DNA of 24,177 nt from Candidatus Hydrogenedentota bacterium. GTDB taxonomy: Bacteria > Hydrogenedentota > Hydrogenedentia > Hydrogenedentales > SLHB01. Below, piece by piece: positions 8,865 to 15,501 of the stretch. The notes under the pieces are model-generated. The model saw only the letters and a program-made list of their open reading frames with translations, was not told where the DNA came from and did no database searches. Each line of letters opens with the position of its first letter. Within the stretch, counting starts at the first letter, position 1. A program made the position numbers and the translations under genes. The DNA is taken from contig JARKSN010000224.1 in assembly GCA_029974275.1 (NCBI GenBank), forward strand, positions 1 through 24,177, given 5' to 3'.

Positions 8865-9431
8865 ATGTCAAAAGATACAACGCTCAGATTCATGGTAACC
8901 GAGGAACAAGCTGAGCAAATCAGGCAAAACGCCGAGGCCAAGGGCTGTAGTATGAGCGAATATGTTCGCGCCGTCGCTCTAAACTCTGCGGAACTGCCTG
9001 CTTTCATCGATGGCCGCCTGCGTGAACTGGCGGACATATTCGGTAAGGCACGGGAAGACGTTTTGCAGCGCGTCCTTTTGAGCTGGTTTGCCTACTTTGA
9101 TTCTAAATCGATGGCGACGACAGACGCGTACGGCCACGACCTGTGGGTTGATCACCACGAGGATATTCTTTTTGGGCACGAGGTAGCAGACGACGCCGCC
9201 AAGCGTCCAGACCGTTTTTACAAGGCCCTCGCGGCTTGGTACAAGAACTTGCACGAATCGTCGCTCGCGACCTCTATCGACTACACGAGAATGGTTGCGC
9301 CCGAATTGCTCGACGAACACCCTTTGAAATGGCTAGAGAAGCGCGAGCGCCGCAACTCCGACGCTATTCGCGACGGTGACAGCGAAGGGACTACGCCGAC
9401 ACTTTCACCGGGCCGACCTGTTCGGCGATGA
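8865..9431 (+). CDS. Protein with N-terminal ribbon-helix-helix-like domain and unknown C-terminal domain; candidate repressor
   Basis: TLRFMVTEEQAEQIRQNAEAKGCSMSEYVRAVAL fits the RHH pattern (alternating beta strand, helix, G-x-S-x-S turn, helix). Strong RBS. Confidence 0.7.
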   Translation: MSKDTTLRFMVTEEQAEQIRQNAEAKGCSMSEYVRAVALNSAELPAFIDGRLRELADIFGKAREDVLQRVLLSWFAYFDSKSMATTDAYGHDLWVDHHEDILFGHEVADDAAKRPDRFYKALAAWYKNLHESSLATSIDYTRMVAPELLDEHPLKWLEKRERRNSDAIRDGDSEGTTPTLSPGRPVRR

Positions 9432-9526
9432 AGAAGCACCCGCTGCGCGCCAACATCTTGCCGGATCAAGCGCGCAGCGGGCCACCAAAACACGGGCGAT
9501 GCCCGTGAGAGGAGCTCGATTGTAAC

Positions 9527-9745
9527 ATGCTAGACAACTCTCCCACCACCGAAGTGCTTGACTCGAAACAAGCCGCTGTGATTTTGCACCTGAGTCCCCA
9601 CACCCTTCGGAATCTTCGCTGCACCGGCGAACGCGCTGGACACATCCCGGCGATCCCGTATTTTCGAATTGGGCGGGCCGTGCGCTATCTGCGCAGTGAC
9701 CTAGATGCCTACATTCAGAAGCAGGTCGAGGCGAGCCAGCGATGA
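9527..9745 (+). CDS. AlpA/excisionase-like HTH protein
   Basis: 72 aa, LDSKQAAVILHLSPHTLRNLR...IPYFRIGRAVRYLRSDLDAYI. GAGGAG upstream. Confidence 0.85.
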   Translation: MLDNSPTTEVLDSKQAAVILHLSPHTLRNLRCTGERAGHIPAIPYFRIGRAVRYLRSDLDAYIQKQVEASQR

Positions 9746-10545
9746 CGCCGTCAGGGCCATTTACCATGTTGCCGCACAAGATCGTAGATTCGACTGCGGC
9801 GCGACTGCTGTCGCCCGGCGCGTTCGCGTCTCTCATAGACTTTCTTGTCCTATGGGGTGAGCATTCGTACCGAAAGCCGACAGCGACCGCTATGCCGTTC
9901 ACATGGACGGGATGTAAGCGAATTGTCAGCCGCGAGACTTTTTCAAAGAACCGCGCTGAACTTGTTGCCAAGGGTTTCATCGCCTCAGTGTCCGACAAGA
10001 TCGGAACATATCGGCCATCTGACGCATGGACTGCATACACACCTACAGGGTCGGAAATAGCGGCCCTGCGGCAACACGAACAGAAGCAAGCCGACAGACT
10101 CGCAACGACGAAGGATCACAGGGTCGGAAAATCCGGCCCTGTGGCGAATGACGTGCCTGCCCTCGTGGTGTCGGAAAATCCGGCCCTGTCCACAGGGTTG
10201 AAAAAACCGACCTTGGTTACAGGGTCGGAAAAATCGACCCCTCTTAAGATAGAAAGAAACAAAGATATATCAATCCAGCCCCCCCCTCTTACCCCCCCAA
10301 CCGGCGCGGGCTCCTGCGTGGCGCGGAGTGGCGGGGCAGGTTTGGATTCGCAAGCGGAACCGTCCAGACCGACCCCGTCCAGACCTCCAGCACCGCCGGT
10401 GGACTACGACCAGCGGCGAACCTCGTGGTTTGAGCCGCTACAACGCGAACCGGCGGCAATTGGCGATGTCCTGCAATCCATGCTCGCCGACCTCACCAGA
10501 CCCGGCCCACCCGGCACGATTGGCGGGGCACGGCACCGGCATTGA
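9742..10545 (+). CDS. Putative phage-type replication initiator
   Basis: ATGA overlap with the HTH gene. N-terminus (FTMLPH..LSPGAF..SRETFSKNRAELVAKGFI) resembles winged-helix initiators. Internal DNA iterons are followed by an AT-rich tract and a PPPLTPP linker. Confidence 0.6.
   Translation: MTPSGPFTMLPHKIVDSTAARLLSPGAFASLIDFLVLWGEHSYRKPTATAMPFTWTGCKRIVSRETFSKNRAELVAKGFIASVSDKIGTYRPSDAWTAYTPTGSEIAALRQHEQKQADRLATTKDHRVGKSGPVANDVPALVVSENPALSTGLKKPTLVTGSEKSTPLKIERNKDISIQPPPLTPPTGAGSCVARSGGAGLDSQAEPSRPTPSRPPAPPVDYDQRRTSWFEPLQREPAAIGDVLQSMLADLTRPGPPGTIGGARHRH
10046..10274. repeat. Putative replication origin: five 23-bp palindromic iterons plus AT-rich tract
   Basis: Consensus CAGGGTCG-N7-CGRCCCTG starting at 10046, 10119, 10166, 10193 and 10220. 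Tract 10244-10274 has 6 G/C in 31 bp. Confidence 0.75.
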
Positions 10546-10565
10546 TCACGAAGGAAAACACGAAC

Positions 10566-10955
10566 ATGATCGACAACAACCTAGAAGCTTCTCTCGAGCG
10601 TGTGCATAAAGCAATCCTCTGGCAGGGGCTCACGCAGGAAGACGTTGACCGGCGCGACGCTGAACTCAGGCTGCAATGGCTCGAGGAGCAGCAACGCCAA
10701 CGCGGCGATTCGTCGAAACGCTCGACTGACCCGGAAATCGCAGATCGCGCAAAAAGGAAATTGACCGAGGACTTCGGCATCGGCGAACAGGAGGCGGCTT
10801 CAATCGTCGTACGCCACGGTGCGCTGATTGTACTGGCGAAGGCAAACGCTATCGCGCAGGAAATACTTTCGGGAGCACGCATCGCCGACCCCATCGCCGT
10901 CCTGCGATATCGGATGACTGGCTCGAAATCAAAAGCCGCTACGGTGCCCGCATGA
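10566..10955 (+). CDS. Hypothetical helical protein
   Basis: AAGGA upstream of ATG 10566 (alternative TTG 10542 overlapping the previous stop). Fits the operon. Confidence 0.65.
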   Translation: MIDNNLEASLERVHKAILWQGLTQEDVDRRDAELRLQWLEEQQRQRGDSSKRSTDPEIADRAKRKLTEDFGIGEQEAASIVVRHGALIVLAKANAIAQEILSGARIADPIAVLRYRMTGSKSKAATVPA

Positions 10956-11122
10956 CAACTTTTAGCCCCAACTTCGAGCGCGTCGCCACAACGCGAAACC
11001 AGGTCGCCCCTTTCTCGGCCTGTCCCTCGGAGTGGACACCCGCCGACCGTGCATACCAGCGGAACGCGGGCCGTCCTGGGGCGCTTTCTTTCCCCTGCGA
11101 CCCTGTCGGTAAGGAGACACAC

Positions 11123-11527
11123 ATGCAACTGAACATTGATCAGCAACTCGAACGCGCACGGCTCGAACTACGCGACCACCTCGAGCAGATGCGCCACCGG
11201 CTGACCTCAGAGACAGAACCATACCGGCCCGAAGACCATGACCGCGACCTTGCCCGCTGGCGTATATTGCGCGAACGAGTGACGTTGTTGCGCGACATCA
11301 CCAGATTAACCGCTCACAATGACCCACAGGGCGAGATAAGCCCTCATATCGTTATCTCCCCTTACCAGACGCGCAGATGCGATTCTGGGGCAACGCAGGG
11401 GCATTGCTGTAGACGTGAGGCGATTGGAAGCGGCACGGTAGGGGGAGGGGGGATCAATCTCTGGCAAACCACGACGTTGACCCCGCTGGTTCCTCTCGCG
11501 CGTGTTTTCCGGGTGTTTCGATTTTGA
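11123..11527 (+). CDS. Hypothetical protein with coiled-coil-like N-terminus
   Basis: AAGGAG RBS before ATG 11123; frame is also open from ATG 10952 (ATGA overlap). C-terminus runs through the cos-like region and looks poorly protein-like. Confidence 0.5.
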   Translation: MQLNIDQQLERARLELRDHLEQMRHRLTSETEPYRPEDHDRDLARWRILRERVTLLRDITRLTAHNDPQGEISPHIVISPYQTRRCDSGATQGHCCRREAIGSGTVGGGGINLWQTTTLTPLVPLARVFRVFRF

Positions 11528-11530
11528 AAA
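11441..11530 (+). other. Putative cos-type packaging site
   Basis: GGGGGAGGGGGGATCAATCTCT...ACCCCGCTGGTTCCTCTCGCGCGTGTTTT directly upstream of terS. Position and G-run pattern recall HK97-like cos regions. Cut site not determined. Confidence 0.5.
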
Positions 11531-11540
11531 AGGAGGCCAC

Positions 11541-12029
11541 ATGTCACACAGAAAGCCTGTAGGGGCGGCCACCGGCCACGGTTCCCCGTCCGATACCAAG
11601 GCGGTAATCAGCTCCGCGCTCGAGCCAGAGCTCCTGACCAGCTTGCCAGACCCTCCCGCGGCAATGACGCCCGCGGCGCGGGAGTGCTGGCGGGAGGTTG
11701 GGGCGCTGGTGGTTTCTGCCGGCCATTTGACGCGGCGCGATCTGAGGGCGTTCGAGGCGTACTGTGAGCACTGGGCGATCTGGCGCAGGGCGTGCGCCGA
11801 GGTTTCTGGGATTGAACGGCTCACCATGACATTGCGGAACGGCTCAGAGGTCATCCACCCGGCGGTGACGGCTATGCACAAGGCGGCATCCGTCACGGAC
11901 AAGCTGGGTGAGCGGTTCATGATTACGCCACAGGCCAGAAGCCGTGCTGGGTTGGGAGTGGTGACGGCCAAGGAGCGGGTTTCAGAATTCGCGGAGTTTG
12001 ACAATCCGCAAGACGATTGTAGGAGGTAG
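11541..12029 (+). CDS. terS: Phage terminase small subunit, P27 family
   Basis: AGGAGG at 11531-11536. PPAAMTPAARECW..LTRRDLRAFEAYCEHW..NG..HPAV..FMITPQAR matches the P27-family pattern. Confidence 0.85.
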   Translation: MSHRKPVGAATGHGSPSDTKAVISSALEPELLTSLPDPPAAMTPAARECWREVGALVVSAGHLTRRDLRAFEAYCEHWAIWRRACAEVSGIERLTMTLRNGSEVIHPAVTAMHKAASVTDKLGERFMITPQARSRAGLGVVTAKERVSEFAEFDNPQDDCRR

Positions 12030-12031
12030 AT

Positions 12032-12664
12032 ATGCGACAGTCACTAGTTTGCAGGGCGGCGGCGACCGCGAAGGGCGAGATCACCGGCTACGCGGCGCGG
12101 TTCGATACGCCCGACCTTGGCGGCGAGATCATCCGGCGGGGCGCGTTCCTCGACTCGATCACTGATTGGAAACGGCGCGGTCTGCCCATGCCGATGCTGC
12201 TACACCACGACGAAACGCAGCTGATCGGCGCATGGCACGACGTGCAGGAGACGGCGCAGGGGCTCGCGGTTCGAGGTCAACTTATCTTAGACGAAACCGG
12301 CCAGCGGGTATTGGCGCAACTCGAGGCGAAGGCCCTCGCAGGTCTGTCAATCGGCTTCACTGTGGAACGCGGAGACATTGAGATCACTCGTACCGGGCGC
12401 GTAGTCAAGCGGGCGTCCTTGCACGAGATTAGCCTCGTGAGCGTTCCGGCATCACCAGAGTCTCGGGTGACCAGCGTGCGGGCTGCGTCGCCTTCGACCA
12501 TTCGCGAACTCGAAGAGTGCCTGCGGGATGCAGGCTACTCACGAAGTCAGGCTGCGGGGATCGCGGCTCGTGGCTTCCGCGCTGTTTGCGATGCTAAAGA
12601 CCCGACCCTTGCGGCGGCCAGAGCCGTGCTGGCCGCCCTACACAAGATCAACCACAAAGGATAG
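12032..12664 (+). CDS. HK97-family prohead protease
   Basis: AGGAGG RBS. ITGYAARFD, EIIRRGAF, PMLLHHD (His), GLSIGF (Ser), LHEISLVSVPA, and C-terminal TIRELEECLRDAGYSRSQA. Confidence 0.92.
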   Translation: MRQSLVCRAAATAKGEITGYAARFDTPDLGGEIIRRGAFLDSITDWKRRGLPMPMLLHHDETQLIGAWHDVQETAQGLAVRGQLILDETGQRVLAQLEAKALAGLSIGFTVERGDIEITRTGRVVKRASLHEISLVSVPASPESRVTSVRAASPSTIRELEECLRDAGYSRSQAAGIAARGFRAVCDAKDPTLAAARAVLAALHKINHKG

Positions 12665-12669
12665 ATATC

Positions 12670-13917
12670 ATGGATAACTTGGAAGAAGCGATCATGGAAA
12701 TCGGTCAGCAAGTGACGCAGGCCGTTGGTGACCTAAACAAGCGCATGGCCGAAGTCGAGCAGACTGTCTCGTACGCGAAGCGGAAGCAATCTCGGGAAGA
12801 GATCGATGCTTCGCGTCCGGCGGTAGGCGTTCCCGAGAAGTATGTCGGTGGCGTGCAGGTGAGCGGCTTTCGCGGCGCAAAGCAGGAACGGGCGTTCTCC
12901 TTGAGGAATGCAATCCTCGGTCAGTTGGGCGCGCCGGGCGTTGATGACGGATATGAGCGCGAGTGCTCGAAGGAGATCGCGCACCGTCATGGCAAAGGAA
13001 GCGAGGCGGGCATTTTTGTGCCGCTGCAAACCCGCGATGCCAACATCGTCGCTACGCCGACTCTTGTTGACGGTGTGCCCGTCGGCGGCTCGAACCTCGT
13101 CGGAACGAGTCACCTCGGGAACAGCTTCATCGACGTGCTGCGGGCGAGGTCTATCGTCATGGCGATGGGGCCGATGCTCCTGCCTAATCTCGTGGGCAAC
13201 GTCGCGATCCCGCGCAAGACCTCGGGCTCGACGGCGTACTGGACGAACCTGGACGACGACGATACGATCACCGCGTCCGGGATCGCGTTCGACAGTCTGA
13301 CCCTGACGCCGCATAGCGTCGGCGGGCTCGCGAAGTTCAGTCATCGAATGCTGATGCAAAGTGATCCGGGCATCGAGGCGCTGGTATCCGCTGACCTCGC
13401 GGCTACGCTTTCCGAAGCGATTGACCGCGCTGCGTTCGTTGGTAGCACTCCCCAGCCGACCGGCATCCTTGCCACGGCGGGGATCGGCTCCGACACTTGG
13501 ACAAACGGAAGCGATCCCGAGTGGGCTGATATCGTCGGTCTTGAGACGGCGCTTGCCGAGGCGAATGCTGACCTTGGGAACAATCTCGCATACGTCACCA
13601 CGCCCGCGCTGCGTGGCGTACTCAAGGCAACCCCGAAGGTGAGCGGAGATGCAAGCGGCGGTTTCTTGTGGGAACCCGGCAACACCATGAACGGCTTGCC
13701 CGCCCACGCGACGAACAACATGGGCGCTGGCAAAATCTTGTTGGGCAACTGGAGCGATCTGGTTGTCGGTATGTGGGGCGCGATGCAGATTCTTGTGAAC
13801 CCCTATCTGGGCGGCGACTACGAGAAGGGCAACGTCGCAGTACGTGCGATCATGGATGTTGACTTCGGCCTTCGACATGCTGCGTCCTTCGCGGAAATCC
13901 ACGAGGCGGCGGCGTAA
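12670..13917 (+). CDS. HK97-fold major capsid protein
   Basis: Coiled-coil-like N-terminal extension, then GGSNLV..FIDVLR, IPRKT, FDSLTLTPH, EAIDRAAFVG..QPTGIL, LLGNWSDL, and D-FGLRHAASF near the C-terminus. Confidence 0.92.
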   Translation: MDNLEEAIMEIGQQVTQAVGDLNKRMAEVEQTVSYAKRKQSREEIDASRPAVGVPEKYVGGVQVSGFRGAKQERAFSLRNAILGQLGAPGVDDGYERECSKEIAHRHGKGSEAGIFVPLQTRDANIVATPTLVDGVPVGGSNLVGTSHLGNSFIDVLRARSIVMAMGPMLLPNLVGNVAIPRKTSGSTAYWTNLDDDDTITASGIAFDSLTLTPHSVGGLAKFSHRMLMQSDPGIEALVSADLAATLSEAIDRAAFVGSTPQPTGILATAGIGSDTWTNGSDPEWADIVGLETALAEANADLGNNLAYVTTPALRGVLKATPKVSGDASGGFLWEPGNTMNGLPAHATNNMGAGKILLGNWSDLVVGMWGAMQILVNPYLGGDYEKGNVAVRAIMDVDFGLRHAASFAEIHEAAA

Positions 13918-13994
13918 CGGTTCTATAGTGCGCTGGGGTTTTCTGGAGAGTTTCCCCCGGCGCCGCGCCGAGGCCAGTAGCTGAGGCGCACTCG

Positions 13995-14030
13995 GGGCGG
14001 GTTGCGAAAGTGGCCCGCCCTTGGTGTTTC
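13995..14030 (+). terminator. Hairpin/terminator after capsid gene
   Basis: GGGCGGGTTGC-GAAA-GTGGCCCGCCC (11 bp with three G-U pairs, GNRA loop) followed by TTGGTGTTTC, an imperfect U-tail. Confidence 0.55.
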
Positions 14031-14037
14031 TGTGGCA

Positions 14038-14066
14038 TTGACACCGCGAACACAACCATGTACTCT
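14038..14066 (+). promoter_or_regulatory. Sigma70-type promoter of cargo gene
   Basis: TTGACA 14038-14043, 17-bp spacer, TACTCT 14061-14066. Confidence 0.7.
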
Positions 14067-14135
14067 ATATCTCAGAATCGGTCTGGGGTCGTGGCCTTGG
14101 ATCAAACGGGAGGGAACTCCCAAAAGGAGAAGAAG

Positions 14136-14705
14136 ATGACTACAGAAACGAGGATTGAAGAAATGGATGCAAAGAAATTCGCCAGACTCGAAGACCTAGC
14201 ACGACAACTCAACTCCAAGTCCGACACCCTCAACACGCTCATCCTTGAACTCGAAGACCGGTTGAACGCTACAAAGATCGGCGTGTCCGCGTGGCTGGAT
14301 GTTGAAATCCAACGAGAAGGGCCATACTCCCACGATGATGAACAGCGGAGAATGAGCGCTTACAGCATCGGATTTTGCCGGATGAAGAACGGCGAATGGC
14401 ACATCGCCACGCGAAAAGATTGCTGGTCTCTGAATTCCAATAACGAGTTCGAAGAGTATATCTACAGGGAAGAGCCAGTTCCCCTAACGTCAGCCCCTCG
14501 TGCTATCCGCGCCGACGCCGCGAGGTACTTTGACAGGCTCGTTGATGAGATATTCAAGAGGGCTGAAGCGTACATCGAGAATATCGACACAGCAAACCGA
14601 CTCATGGCGACCGATGGTCAAGAAGATGGGCAAAGCCGAAACCATCCACGAACAACGCCACTCGTAGACCACGAGGCAGTAAAGAAACTGTTCAAGACCA
14701 AGTAG
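14136..14705 (+). CDS. Hypothetical cargo protein (189 aa)
   Basis: AAGGAG RBS, ATG 14136. Own promoter and terminator. Visibly more A-rich than neighbouring genes. Confidence 0.75.
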   Translation: MTTETRIEEMDAKKFARLEDLARQLNSKSDTLNTLILELEDRLNATKIGVSAWLDVEIQREGPYSHDDEQRRMSAYSIGFCRMKNGEWHIATRKDCWSLNSNNEFEEYIYREEPVPLTSAPRAIRADAARYFDRLVDEIFKRAEAYIENIDTANRLMATDGQEDGQSRNHPRTTPLVDHEAVKKLFKTK

Positions 14706-14736
14706 CGAAACAGAACAGTGTAGTTCATGTAATCAC

Positions 14737-14780
14737 AGACGGCGGGATGGCCACGAACTTCCCGCCGTTTCTCTTTTCTG
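14737..14780 (+). terminator. Intrinsic terminator after cargo gene
   Basis: ACGGCGGGA-N12-TCCCGCCGT followed by TTCTCTTTTCT. Confidence 0.7.
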
Positions 14781-15011
14781 ACACTACCACCACCCGACCG
14801 GCCACACCGACGCGCTACGATGCCCGACACGGCGCGATCGGCGATATCGTCGAGGATGACACCACCCCCTCCCCTGCGTGCCCACGACTGCACACACAAT
14901 CGACCGCCACCCGGCCACCACCACCGGCTCTTTTTTTGACTGACGGCGAGACGCGACGCACGACGGCGCACGTCACCGACCACGACCGGAACCCGGCAAA
15001 CGTCCGTTTGT

Positions 15012-15032
15012 TGGTACACCGGTGGTACACCG
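15012..15032 (+). promoter_or_regulatory. Putative integrase arm-type binding sites (tandem pair)
   Basis: TGGTACACCGG-TGGTACACCG, matching 6855-6875. Confidence 0.75.
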
Positions 15033-15098
15033 AGGCTACGAAAAGGAGAAGGGCCAATAGCCCCGAATCCGGAACCTATTGACCCATAACACGTTAGG

Positions 15099-15143
15099 TG
15101 GTGGGCGACACAGGGCTCGAACCTGTGACCTCCGCCGTGTGAA
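15099..15143 (-). repeat. att site within the intact tRNA-Val
   Basis: Identical to 6692-6736. Confidence 0.97.
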
Positions 15144-15175
15144 GACGGCGCTCTAACCACCTGAGCTAGTCGCCC
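15099..15175 (-). tRNA. tRNA-Val (anticodon CAC)
   Basis: GGGCGACTAGCTCAGGTGGTTAGAGCGCCGTCTTCACACGGCGGAGGTCACAGGTTCGAGCCCTGTGTCGCCCACCA, 77 nt. Folds as a cloverleaf with anticodon loop TT-CAC-AC, GTTCGA T-loop and encoded CCA. Confidence 0.97.
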
Positions 15176-15188
15176 ACCGAGGGTTCGC

Positions 15189-15218
15189 AGCGTAGCATAT
15201 TGCGAGCGCTCCGGTCAA
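15189..15218 (-). promoter_or_regulatory. Putative tRNA promoter
   Basis: Minus strand TTGACC (15218-15213), 18-bp spacer ending in TGC, then TACGCT (15194-15189), i.e. an extended -10. Confidence 0.5.
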
Positions 15219-15270
15219 TATCGCGAATCGCGCCATATCGCGAATCGCGCCATGTCGCGAATCGCGCCAT
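15218..15270. repeat. Tandem repeat, 3 x 17 bp
   Basis: ATATCGCGAATCGCGCC twice, then ATGTCGCGAATCGCGCC, then AT. Confidence 0.9.
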
Positions 15271-15501
15271 TTAAAATCTTGCCGAAGGGTTTATCGTCCT
15301 GCCATTTGAGATCTTACCGAGGAGGGAGGGTTGGATGGCAGGAGAACGAACGTTGGCGAGTCTATCGAATTACCGTAAGCGCTATGCGAAGGCGGAAAGG
15401 GGAATTCCGGGCGCCTCTTGGGGAGGCGGTTGTATGGTATACTGCGGGGTAAGATGGAGTGGGGATCGCGTTTCCGCGACGCTAGGAACAAGGAGGGCGC
15501 T

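Larger units (their letters stand above)
6692..15143 (+). mobile_element. Integrated phage-satellite-like element (8407-bp unit) in tRNA-Val
   Basis: 45-bp direct repeats at both ends, integrase at one end, plus AlpA-like, Rep-like, TerS, protease and capsid genes. No tail, lysis, portal or TerL recognised. Confidence 0.92.

Noticed and set aside
10046..10242. CRISPR-like array
   Set aside because: Repeats are degenerate, gaps are 50, 24, 4 and 4 bp, they lie inside an ORF, and no cas genes are present. Iterons fit better.
11098..11106. Additional iteron (CGACCCTGT)
   Set aside because: Only a half-site, with no matching left arm at the 7-bp spacing.
13981..14012. Hammerhead ribozyme (CTGA...GAAA)
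   Set aside because: Sequence is CTGAGGC rather than CTGANGA, and the GAAA caps a hairpin instead of forming the core.
12733..14055. Long antisense ORFs (also 943-2061, 4804-6060, 7004-7963, 18180-19859)
   Set aside because: Shadow frames of well-supported genes in high-GC DNA, with no motifs.
14747..15082. ORFs 14747-15082 and 6758-6940 sharing the peptide LVHRWYTE
   Set aside because: The shared peptide is just the translation of the DNA arm-site repeat. Neither ORF has a clear RBS or protein-like composition.
6692..15143. Full prophage or canonical cf-PICI
   Set aside because: Only 8.4 kb between intact att sites, with no portal, TerL, connector, tail or lysis genes recognisable.
15218..15270. 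CRISPR array
   Set aside because: Head-to-tail 17-mers with no spacers.
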